Made by a program: the position numbers and the translations under genes. From a virus (taxonomy: Duplodnaviria > Heunggongvirae > Uroviricota > Caudoviricetes): DNA of 64,000 nucleotides. Every line of letters starts with the position of its first letter. Within the stretch, counting starts at the first letter, position 1. Below the pieces are notes generated by a model. The model had not been told where the DNA came from, ran no database searches, and was given only the letters and a program-made list of their open reading frames with translations. Where the stretch lies: the IMG/VR virus record IMGVR_UViG_2511231131_000001. One strand, given 5' to 3'. Positions 1 through 7,665 of the stretch are shown here, piece after piece.

Positions 1-248
1 CTGCACAGAATGATGCAATTCAGAATATTGTTGGTTCTTTCGGGCGTACTCAGCTTTTTAGAGATGTACTTAGTTCAGGGCCATTTAGTCAACATGGTCA
101 AGTATTATCTACAGGCCTAAAGGAAACGGAAATTATTGAGGGTTATGGCGCTTATAACTGGACATTCGACGCCTCTCGCTCAGTTCGTACAGCATCTGAA
201 ACCCGCCCACGCAACATTGCGTTTAATTACATCGTAAGGGCAGCATGA
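1..248 (+). CDS. silent tail-fibre C-terminal variable cassette A, 5' truncated by window edge
   Basis: Frame 3..248 reads ...ETRPRNIAFNYIVRAA*, the same conserved C-terminus as S and cassettes B-D. Confidence 0.55.
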   Translation, partial: AQNDAIQNIVGSFGRTQLFRDVLSSGPFSQHGQVLSTGLKETEIIEGYGAYNWTFDASRSVRTASETRPRNIAFNYIVRAA

Positions 249-267
249 AAACGTTGGTTTGGGGGAA
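242..267 (+). other. candidate site-specific inversion crossover site (AGCATGAAAACG-TT-GGTTTGGGGGAA)
   Basis: Two 12-bp half-sites around a TT core; right half GGTTT..GAA resembles hix/gix/cix half-sites; the same site recurs at each cassette junction. Confidence 0.4.
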
Positions 268-765
268 GGCTCAGCATTGCCTGTTGGCGTACCTGTTCCG
301 TGGCCCTCAGCCACTCCGCCAACAGGCTGGCTAAAATGCAACGGAGCAGCTTTTTCTGCTGAAGAATACCCAGAACTGGCAAAGGCTTATCCCACCGATA
401 AATTACCGGATTTACGCGGTGAGTTTATTCGCGGCTGGGATGACGGACGTGGTGTGGATGCGGGGAGAACAATATTATCCGCTCAAGGTGATGCCATACG
501 TAATATCTATGGTGAGTTCAAGACTGTAAATACTGAAAATTATTCAATATGGGAATCAGTAGGCTCGTTTAAGGGGGCAGTGGTGCCTTTAAATCCCTCA
601 ACAAACAATAGTTATTTTTCCTTAGTCAGAAGTATGGTGACAGAAAGGACAGACGGCGCTGTTTACCCAAAAGTGATTGGCCTTGATGCTTCAAAAATTG
701 TTCCAACTGCAAACGAAAACCGCCCACGCAACATTGCGTTTAATTACATCGTAAGGGCAGCATGA
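259..765 (+). CDS. silent tail-fibre variable cassette B
   Basis: GEGSALPVGVPVPWPSATPPTGWLKCNGAAFS...DLRGEFIRGWDD shared with S C-terminal domain; ends RPRNIAFNYIVRAA; reading frame continuous through the crossover site. Confidence 0.55.
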   Translation: MGEGSALPVGVPVPWPSATPPTGWLKCNGAAFSAEEYPELAKAYPTDKLPDLRGEFIRGWDDGRGVDAGRTILSAQGDAIRNIYGEFKTVNTENYSIWESVGSFKGAVVPLNPSTNNSYFSLVRSMVTERTDGAVYPKVIGLDASKIVPTANENRPRNIAFNYIVRAA

Positions 766-784
766 AAACGTTGGTTTAGGGGAA
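759..784 (+). other. candidate crossover site (AGCATGAAAACG-TT-GGTTTAGGGGAA)
   Basis: Repeat of the 242..267 site at the B/C junction. Confidence 0.4.
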
Positions 785-805
785 GGATCGGCGCTGCCCG
801 TTGGT

Positions 806-1279
806 GTGCCTGTTCCGTGGCCCTCAGCCACACCACCAACGGGGTGGCTGAAATGTAACGGAGCAGCATTTTCTTCTGAAAAGTACCCAAATCTGGCAAA
901 GGTTTACCCAACGTTAAAATTACCTGATTTACGCGGTGAGTTTATCCGTGGTTGGGATGATTCGAGAGGGATTGATACAGGGCGTTCATTGCTAAGTGGT
1001 CAGACTGCAACATTTATTCGTACAGCTTTGCAGGATTATTACGGTTACGATCTGAATACTAATGTCAAAGTAGGTATCGCTTATGCTACTGCTGATTCTG
1101 TTATAACTGTTGGAAACCCTGCTAATCCTAAAGCAGGAAATAATAGCGATTATGTTCCAGCATCATCAGATAACTCCATAACAGGCACTCAAAGGACGGC
1201 AGAGGATAATTTTACCGGGGCATGGATATCAATGCGCCCCCGCAACGTTGCTTTTAATTACATTGTAAGGGCCACATAA
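806..1279 (+). CDS. silent tail-fibre variable cassette C
   Basis: Frame is open from 770 (GLGEGSALP...); conserved N- and C-terminal blocks, divergent middle; ends RPRNVAFNYIVRAT. Confidence 0.55.
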   Translation: MPVPWPSATPPTGWLKCNGAAFSSEKYPNLAKVYPTLKLPDLRGEFIRGWDDSRGIDTGRSLLSGQTATFIRTALQDYYGYDLNTNVKVGIAYATADSVITVGNPANPKAGNNSDYVPASSDNSITGTQRTAEDNFTGAWISMRPRNVAFNYIVRAT

Positions 1280-1298
1280 AAACGTTGGTTTGGGGGAA
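1273..1298 (+). other. candidate crossover site (CACATAAAAACG-TT-GGTTTGGGGGAA)
   Basis: Third direct copy of the junction site. Confidence 0.4.
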
Positions 1299-1748
1299 GG
1301 CTCGGCACTGCCCGTTGGCGTGCCTGTTCCGTGGCCCTCAGCCACACCACCAACGGGGTGGCTGAAATGTAACGGAGCAGCATTTTCTTCTGAAAAGTAC
1401 CCAAATCTGGCAAAGGTTTACCCAACGTTAAAATTACCTGATTTACGCGGTGAGTTTATCCGTGGTTGGGATGATGGGCGAGGTGTGGATGCGGGAAGGG
1501 GCATCTTAAGCATACAGGGGTGGTTAACAGGAAGTCATTATCATAATATTCGGTCATGGGACGCGTGGGATAACACGGTATTGGTGCCAAATGACAGAGG
1601 GGGGGATAGTCTGTTGTCGACAGATAACGCCGTCCAAGAAGGAGCGATTAATGGTAAATTTACCAGTCAATACAGAACGGAGTTATCTGGGGGGAATGAA
1701 ACCCGCCCACGTAACATTGCCTTCAATTATATTGTGAGAGCAGCATAA
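1290..1748 (+). CDS. silent tail-fibre variable cassette D
   Basis: Same conserved ends as B and C; stop overlaps the start of the downstream assembly gene (TAATG). Confidence 0.55.
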   Translation: MGEGSALPVGVPVPWPSATPPTGWLKCNGAAFSSEKYPNLAKVYPTLKLPDLRGEFIRGWDDGRGVDAGRGILSIQGWLTGSHYHNIRSWDAWDNTVLVPNDRGGDSLLSTDNAVQEGAINGKFTSQYRTELSGGNETRPRNIAFNYIVRAA

Positions 1749-2359
1749 TGGATAATGCGATATTAAATAGCGAACTTATAGCCATACAGGCAGGAAACAT
1801 TATCGTTTATAACTATGATGGTGGTAATCGGGAATATATTTCTGCATCAACTGAATATCTTGCTGTTGGCGTTGGTATTCCGGCAAATTCTTGTTTGGAT
1901 GCTCCAGGCTCACATAAAGCAGGTTATGCGATTCTCCGTTCAGAGGATTTAAGTTCATGGGAGTATGTGCCAGATCATCGTGGCGAAACTGTCTATAGCA
2001 TTGACACTGGGAATCCCGAAGAAATCACGGTGTTGGGTGACTATCCGGAAAATACAACCACTATCGCCCCGCTAACACCATACGACAAATGGGATGGAGA
2101 GAAATGGGTGGTTGATACTGAGGCTCAACATAGTGCAGCTGTAGAGGCAGCAGAAACAAAACGTCAGTCATTGATTGATACTGCGATGGCTTCCATTAGT
2201 CTGATTCAGTTGAAATTACAGGCTGGACGGAAGTTGACGCAGGCAGAAACCACACAGCTTAACTCCGTGCTAGATTATATAGACGAGCTGAACGCGATGG
2301 ATTTAACCACGGCACCAGATCTCAACTGGCCTGAAAAACAACTTTCTGCAGCCAGTTGA
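1748..2359 (+). CDS. tail fibre assembly chaperone (U/Tfa-like)
   Basis: 203 aa; position directly after a fibre cassette; C-terminal region resembles Tfa-family chaperones; converges on the S stop. Confidence 0.55.
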   Translation: MDNAILNSELIAIQAGNIIVYNYDGGNREYISASTEYLAVGVGIPANSCLDAPGSHKAGYAILRSEDLSSWEYVPDHRGETVYSIDTGNPEEITVLGDYPENTTTIAPLTPYDKWDGEKWVVDTEAQHSAAVEAAETKRQSLIDTAMASISLIQLKLQAGRKLTQAETTQLNSVLDYIDELNAMDLTTAPDLNWPEKQLSAAS

Positions 2360-2364
2360 TATAA

Positions 2365-4515
2365 TTAAGCCGCCCTCACAATATAATTAAATGCAATATT
2401 ACGAGGGCGGGTTTCTAAGCCAGCAGTACCTAAATTAGCTACGGACTGTTTATATGTTTTAAAAGTTCCATAATTAGGGGCTGGCAATCCTGCATCGCTT
2501 GTGTTCCCCCATCTGATAACTCCCGTATTACCACTAGTAGCCCATGCCTCGTCAAAGTAGAAATTAATTGAGCTGTCAGTTGCTACGGTTGATTTTGACG
2601 GTAATCCGTGAGCATGATCCTCCGTTGCATATCCTTGCTCGCTTAAAATAGAGCGACCAGAGTCAATCCCTCGCCCATCATCCCAACCACGGATAAACTC
2701 ACCGCGTAAATCCGGTAATTTATTGATGGGATAAGCCTTTGCCAGTTTGGGATACATTTCAGAAGAAAATGCTGCGCCGTTACATTTCAGCCACCCTGCT
2801 GGCGGTGTGGCTGAGGGCCACGGAACAGGCACACCAACGGGCAGCGCCGAGCCTTCTCCTAAACCAAGGTAATCAAGAACGCTCTGAATACTGGTCTTAC
2901 CAAGAATGGCGCGTCCGACACTTGTCAATGCAGTTAACGCGGCACGATCAACACCTGTGAAATAAGGGAGTTTATCTGCTGCTGTAGCTAGTGCCGCTAG
3001 AGCAGTGAGCGTAGCGTCTGCCGCTTGCTTTCCATTAGCCAAATCATATGCAGCCTTGACAGCTTTCGGTGTGGCGGCCAGCACTTCGGACGTGCTATTA
3101 GTAGCACTGCTGAGTTGGACTATCCCTTTTTGAGCCGTGGTTGCATCCTGGGCTGTATACTTCCCGTTAGCCAGGTCATATGCTGCCTTGACTGCTTTCG
3201 GTGTGGCGGCCAGCACTTCGGACGTACTGTCAGTAGCACTACTGAGCTGAGTGATGCCTTTCGCTGTCAATGAAGCTGTTGGCACACCAGTGATCTGATT
3301 CCAGGGATGTGTATGACTGGATGGTGCCTTTCCGGCAGCTAGATCGTATGCAGCTTTAACCGCTTTTGGAGTTGCAGCTAATGTTTCAGAAGTGCTGTTG
3401 GTGTCGCTACTGAGCTGAACTATCCCTTTTTGTGTCGTGGTTGCATCCTGGGCTGTATACTTCCCGTTAGCCAGGTCATATGCAGCCTTGACAGCTTTCG
3501 GTGTGGCGGCCAGCACTTCAGACGTGCTGTTAGTGGCACTACTGAGCTGAGTGATGCCTTTCGCTGTCAATGAAGCTGTTGGCACACCAGTGATCTGATT
3601 CCAGGGATGTGTATGACTGGATGGTGCCTTTCCGGCTGCTAGATCGTATGCAGCTTTAACCGCTTTTGGAGTTGCAGCTAATGTTTCAGAAGTGCTGTTA
3701 GTGTCGCTACTGAGCTGAACTATCCCTTTTTGTGTCGTGGTTGCATCCTGGGCTGTATACTTCCCGTTAGCCAGGTCATATGCAGCCTTGACAGCTTTCG
3801 GTGTGGCGGCCAGCACTTCGGACGTACTGTTAGTGGCACTACTGAGCTGAACTAATCCCTTTTGCGTTGTGCTTGCATCCTGCGCCGTATACTTGCTTTT
3901 CGCCAGATCGTAGGCTTTTTTAACTGCCAGCGAACTCGCAGCAACATCACTTCTGGTACTGGTTACAGAGTCTGAAATATCAATGCCGATCGTGCGGTTG
4001 ATACGCTCGGATGTATCAATCATCTCTTGAGTAATGGTAGATACGCCAGCAGGGATATTCACCGTACAAACCAGCAGTTCCCCATCACCTAACTGATATG
4101 AATCGGTATAGGTTCTGGCAACAAATTCAGCTGCATGAATATGTGACGCGGTATTCACCTGATAGGTATCTTCTCCAAGAAGGTATCTTCCCTTCAGCAC
4201 AATTGCATATTTCTTGCCTGCGTTAAGTGCAAGAGAGATATCCTTACGATGCTGAATAGTTACCTGGTAGAATTCACCAATATCCACTGACGCCGCGCCA
4301 GCGGTTTTATCTCCATCCACTGAGGTGATTAACAGGTTCATCCCACCGCCAGGCTTAGGCAAGAAACCAGCATAAAATCCCGGGTCAACAATTCCCCTGA
4401 ATTTTCGGTTTAGAGCGGCTGACAGATATGGTTCGTGGTATTGCACATCAGCCACCAGAGCCAACGACTCGGGTGATGGGTAAGTAACCGATGTAACAAC
4501 TGTAACGTCATTCAT
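2365..4515 (-). CDS. S: tail fibre protein S (constant part plus currently expressed variable C-terminus)
   Basis: Starts MNDVTVVTSVTYPSPESLALVADVQYHEPYLSAALNRKF as P1 S (recalled); track start at 4602 would overlap R, so the ATG at 4513-4515 is preferred; KAVKAAYDLA repeats; C-terminus homologous to cassettes. Confidence 0.8.
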   Translation of the reverse strand: MNDVTVVTSVTYPSPESLALVADVQYHEPYLSAALNRKFRGIVDPGFYAGFLPKPGGGMNLLITSVDGDKTAGAASVDIGEFYQVTIQHRKDISLALNAGKKYAIVLKGRYLLGEDTYQVNTASHIHAAEFVARTYTDSYQLGDGELLVCTVNIPAGVSTITQEMIDTSERINRTIGIDISDSVTSTRSDVAASSLAVKKAYDLAKSKYTAQDASTTQKGLVQLSSATNSTSEVLAATPKAVKAAYDLANGKYTAQDATTTQKGIVQLSSDTNSTSETLAATPKAVKAAYDLAAGKAPSSHTHPWNQITGVPTASLTAKGITQLSSATNSTSEVLAATPKAVKAAYDLANGKYTAQDATTTQKGIVQLSSDTNSTSETLAATPKAVKAAYDLAAGKAPSSHTHPWNQITGVPTASLTAKGITQLSSATDSTSEVLAATPKAVKAAYDLANGKYTAQDATTAQKGIVQLSSATNSTSEVLAATPKAVKAAYDLANGKQAADATLTALAALATAADKLPYFTGVDRAALTALTSVGRAILGKTSIQSVLDYLGLGEGSALPVGVPVPWPSATPPAGWLKCNGAAFSSEMYPKLAKAYPINKLPDLRGEFIRGWDDGRGIDSGRSILSEQGYATEDHAHGLPSKSTVATDSSINFYFDEAWATSGNTGVIRWGNTSDAGLPAPNYGTFKTYKQSVANLGTAGLETRPRNIAFNYIVRAA
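2854..2879 (-). other. candidate crossover site inside S (reads TTCTTGATTACC-TT-GGTTTAGGAGAA on minus strand)
   Basis: Left half 10/12 identical to hix left half TTCTTGAAAACC; inverted relative to the three cassette sites; TT core in the same codon position. Confidence 0.45.
3030..3900. repeat. tandem repeat, about 300-bp unit in about 3 copies, built from 100-bp subrepeats, within S
   Basis: ccaggtcatatgc.gccttgac.gctttcggtgtggcggccagcacttc recurs at about 3171, 3471 and 3771; encodes repeated ...TPKAVKAAYDLAxGK... blocks. Confidence 0.8.
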
Positions 4516-4526
4516 CAAGCATATCC

Positions 4527-4961
4527 TTATGCTGTAGTCGAGTTTATGGCCATAACTGCGGTATATGTTTTGCCCACATACAGCGAGTCTTCCTGGACAC
4601 AAATAATGGCGATTGGCTTATTCTCGTTATCCAGAACAACCAGAGTGTTGAATGGGTAGTTTTTCCCTTCCTGCAACTGACTTTGATCAAGGTCCATTCG
4701 GACAGTAATTATCCCGCCTGAGTAGGTTGGGACGAGGTTGATGGTGCAAAATTGACTGGTCAGTTCTGCCAGATCGAAAGCCTTTGGCAGTTCTCCAATC
4801 TCATAAGTGCCATCTCCTTTCTTAGTAACCAGTGAACTGGTACCGAAAACGGCCTTGCTGATTAAAAATCGAGAGCCTTTGTTAATGGACGATTCAGCGC
4901 GCCGCTGATAGTAATAGTCCAACAACTGACTCTTATAGAGGTTTGTTGAGACGTCAGACAT
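4527..4961 (-). CDS. tail-fibre-associated structural protein (P1 R position)
   Basis: 144 aa, immediately upstream of S in the same operon; name by synteny only. Confidence 0.45.
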   Translation of the reverse strand: MSDVSTNLYKSQLLDYYYQRRAESSINKGSRFLISKAVFGTSSLVTKKGDGTYEIGELPKAFDLAELTSQFCTINLVPTYSGGIITVRMDLDQSQLQEGKNYPFNTLVVLDNENKPIAIICVQEDSLYVGKTYTAVMAINSTTA

Positions 4962-5039
4962 GATTTTCCCTAATCAATGTTGTGAAGCCTCATTGTAAGA
5001 TAAGTAACTTGTCACCCCGCCCTGCGGACGGGGTGATTG

Positions 5040-5879
5040 TCACGCATCGCTATCCAACAGCAAATCATCTGCGCGGGTGCGATCAAACGTAGGCGTTGCT
5101 TTCACAATAGTGCCGCCCGGCGTTGCAGTGATCGGGGCGTTAATCGACGTAACTTCAGTAAGCGAAGTTGTATCCGAAGTTTCAAACCAGCAGAATGCTT
5201 TTTCGGTATCAGAAATCTCATTCAAAGTGATCATGTCGGCCTGTTCATTTACAACAACCGACAAATAGAGCGTAAGCCCATCAAACACTATATGCAGTGG
5301 CAGTAGAGGCTTTACGAACTGATTAAACTTTCTGAGAATTTCTTCTGTAATTGCGGACTGATCTATCGTTCCAGTAATACCCATTGTCCGGGCCAGGTCG
5401 TTTATGGGAATACTGATCATTCCTCTGGAAGTCAGAAACATCTCGCCGAATGTGCCGCCGGTGGTTTCCAGTGTGCTTTCTGGAATCAGGACCGTGCCAT
5501 AGGGATGACGTTCAAAGTCCACCGGAGCATATATGGGATCCCATAAAACCGATATACCGTTAAATTCGCGATAAATTGTCTGGTTTATAGGGCGTTCAGT
5601 ACCCTTAAAATGGATCTCATCAAACCGCTGTTGTAACAACATCGGAACGGAAGATGAATTCGACGTTCTGATAGTAAAAAACTGGCCAAGTTCATTTGTC
5701 CTAGTCTCCAGATCCTCCTTGCTCATGGAGAAAATAGACTTCCGGTTGGTAATTCGCTCCAACCATGGGTCAACAAAGGTGTCCATCATTGACTGAACCA
5801 AATCAGCCAATGATTTATAAAGTAATGACTTTTGCTTAGCTGATGTAAGCCGGTTATTAAACCAGGAACGCTGCATCAC
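5040..5879 (-). CDS. baseplate protein (gpI-like position, P1 gene 16 by synteny)
   Basis: 279 aa between the J-like gene and the fibre genes; 4-bp overlap with upstream gene. Confidence 0.4.
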   Translation of the reverse strand: MMQRSWFNNRLTSAKQKSLLYKSLADLVQSMMDTFVDPWLERITNRKSIFSMSKEDLETRTNELGQFFTIRTSNSSSVPMLLQQRFDEIHFKGTERPINQTIYREFNGISVLWDPIYAPVDFERHPYGTVLIPESTLETTGGTFGEMFLTSRGMISIPINDLARTMGITGTIDQSAITEEILRKFNQFVKPLLPLHIVFDGLTLYLSVVVNEQADMITLNEISDTEKAFCWFETSDTTSLTEVTSINAPITATPGGTIVKATPTFDRTRADDLLLDSDA

Positions 5880-7309
5880 TCCTCCTCATACGAAATATTA
5901 AAGGTGGAGTTTTCTGTATCCAGATAAACGAAATCGTAAAAGCCGTTGGACTCATTCCACTCGACAAATTCCAGATAAAAGTCGCGGAAATAACCCAGCG
6001 TTTCGATAAATGCCCAAACGTCTTTTTTCTTGATTAGGATGTACTTGCCGACACGGTTCGGATCAAAGAAAGTTGAGTCACGCCCAAATTTTGTTTCCAG
6101 TGCCGACTTCAGCTCATCAGTCACGTTCTCAATGGTCAGGCTTGCCGATATCCGCCCAGTGATGGTGATCTTAAAGGGGAGTTTTCTGACCTCTTTATAC
6201 GAGAATTTCTTGTTCAACTCATTCGGCACCTTCTTAAAGGCAGCCAGGATCATTTCTTCAAGCTCTGACTGGCTTTTGTTTGGATGCCATCCTGAAATAA
6301 ATATCTTATTGATATTCCGAACATTATAAGCACCATCTAATTTCTCTTGCTGGCCTTCGCCCCATGCCTTTACCCAGGACAGTCCCGGGATGTTACGCAC
6401 CAGAAAATACGTATAGTCCCCGCCCCATACGACCTGATCATCATAGGCAAGGTAATATTGTGCACGATTACGTGTGATCTCCGTTGTTTCGGCATCGGTA
6501 CCTGCGGTTATGGGTGTCGTTGTCTTAACTGAAATCAAATTAGCTAAATTAGCCGCAGAATCGACAGGAGTCAGGTTTTGGCCAGCAACCAGGGTTATAT
6601 CTCCGTTGGTGCACCATACCTTAAGTGTAATGGTCGAGCCTTCTGGCGGTATTTGCCCAATTAGCCCATCACCGAATCGAACCCCCAACTGCTCGGATGG
6701 CTTATAAAACTCAACGTAGACCTGGCTTTTACTACCGGCTAACCGGAACATAGTGCTGGAAGACCACTGCGTGGTCTTACCATCGGTCGTCACGAATACT
6801 TCCAGCTTACAGCAGACAGCAGTGAGAGCCTTTGATAACACGACTTCCAGAAATTCTTTGGCTGCCGTAACGGTATATGTCACCTCCTGGATTTCCAACT
6901 GTGCCACTTCTACCGTACCGGTGCCGTCAACCAACCTGCATACATCCATAGTCATGTAAGGGTACTGGTCGTCAGATATTAAAGGCATGTTTTTGGGGAT
7001 TACCGCTGGGGCATCTTCACTTGTGGCGGTGATCTCAATCATCCCCGATGACGGTGTTGGCTTGGTACCAACGTAACTATTCGTTTCTGCCGCTGCCAGG
7101 ATAGAGGAACGCCGCGTCGCGGTCGATATAAAGCCTTCAGCCAGCGCCGCATCGGCATACTGAAAGCACCTGTAGACAATCTGGGTAATAAACAATGTCA
7201 GCATCGAGACAAATTGAGAGCCGACAAACTTCGACCAGAATGAATCTTTCTCGACAAGCTCTTCAAACTCTGCACGAATACTGTCTTTAGTCGGTGTTGT
7301 TTTACTCAT
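5876..7309 (-). CDS. baseplate J-like protein
   Basis: 477 aa; canonical position W-J-I-fibre in a contractile-tail module. Confidence 0.45.
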   Translation of the reverse strand: MSKTTPTKDSIRAEFEELVEKDSFWSKFVGSQFVSMLTLFITQIVYRCFQYADAALAEGFISTATRRSSILAAAETNSYVGTKPTPSSGMIEITATSEDAPAVIPKNMPLISDDQYPYMTMDVCRLVDGTGTVEVAQLEIQEVTYTVTAAKEFLEVVLSKALTAVCCKLEVFVTTDGKTTQWSSSTMFRLAGSKSQVYVEFYKPSEQLGVRFGDGLIGQIPPEGSTITLKVWCTNGDITLVAGQNLTPVDSAANLANLISVKTTTPITAGTDAETTEITRNRAQYYLAYDDQVVWGGDYTYFLVRNIPGLSWVKAWGEGQQEKLDGAYNVRNINKIFISGWHPNKSQSELEEMILAAFKKVPNELNKKFSYKEVRKLPFKITITGRISASLTIENVTDELKSALETKFGRDSTFFDPNRVGKYILIKKKDVWAFIETLGYFRDFYLEFVEWNESNGFYDFVYLDTENSTFNISYEEE

Positions 7310-7665
7310 AGCACCACGTCCTGTGTGATAGTTATATCCCTGATACGAATGGATATTTTCAACTTATCAAAAGCATCTCCCTCGGCTACTGACAAGCCAG
7401 AAATCGGTATGTCAGGTAAATCTACCGTCAGTTTTTGCAACAGCATTGCCTCAACCGCAATTTGAACATGCGACAAGTTGGTCGGTTCGTGTTTAAACTG
7501 CGGTAAAACATTGCCCCATGACGGATCTCCGTATACCTCACCCTGATAAGTGTTTAGCCACTCATATAAACGAGCGCCCCAGGCCTCCTCCTGGGACTCA
7601 TACGTTTTTACGCCGGATAACTCCAGCGTCAGTAAAGGATCAATTTCATTATTGTTGGCCATCAA
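7306..7665 (-). CDS. baseplate wedge protein (gp25/GpW-like size and position)
   Basis: 119 aa, overlapped starts and stops with flanking genes. Confidence 0.4.
   Translation of the reverse strand: MMANNNEIDPLLTLELSGVKTYESQEEAWGARLYEWLNTYQGEVYGDPSWGNVLPQFKHEPTNLSHVQIAVEAMLLQKLTVDLPDIPISGLSVAEGDAFDKLKISIRIRDITITQDVVL

Noticed and set aside
2739-3273. Plus-strand ORFs 2739..2960 and 3025..3273 inside S
   Set aside because: Antisense to the tail-fibre gene; the second is generated by the tandem repeat.
1-4515. Tail-fibre variation considered as a diversity-generating retroelement
   Set aside because: No reverse transcriptase in the window and cassette differences are not adenine-specific; whole C-terminal domains differ, consistent with cassette switching.
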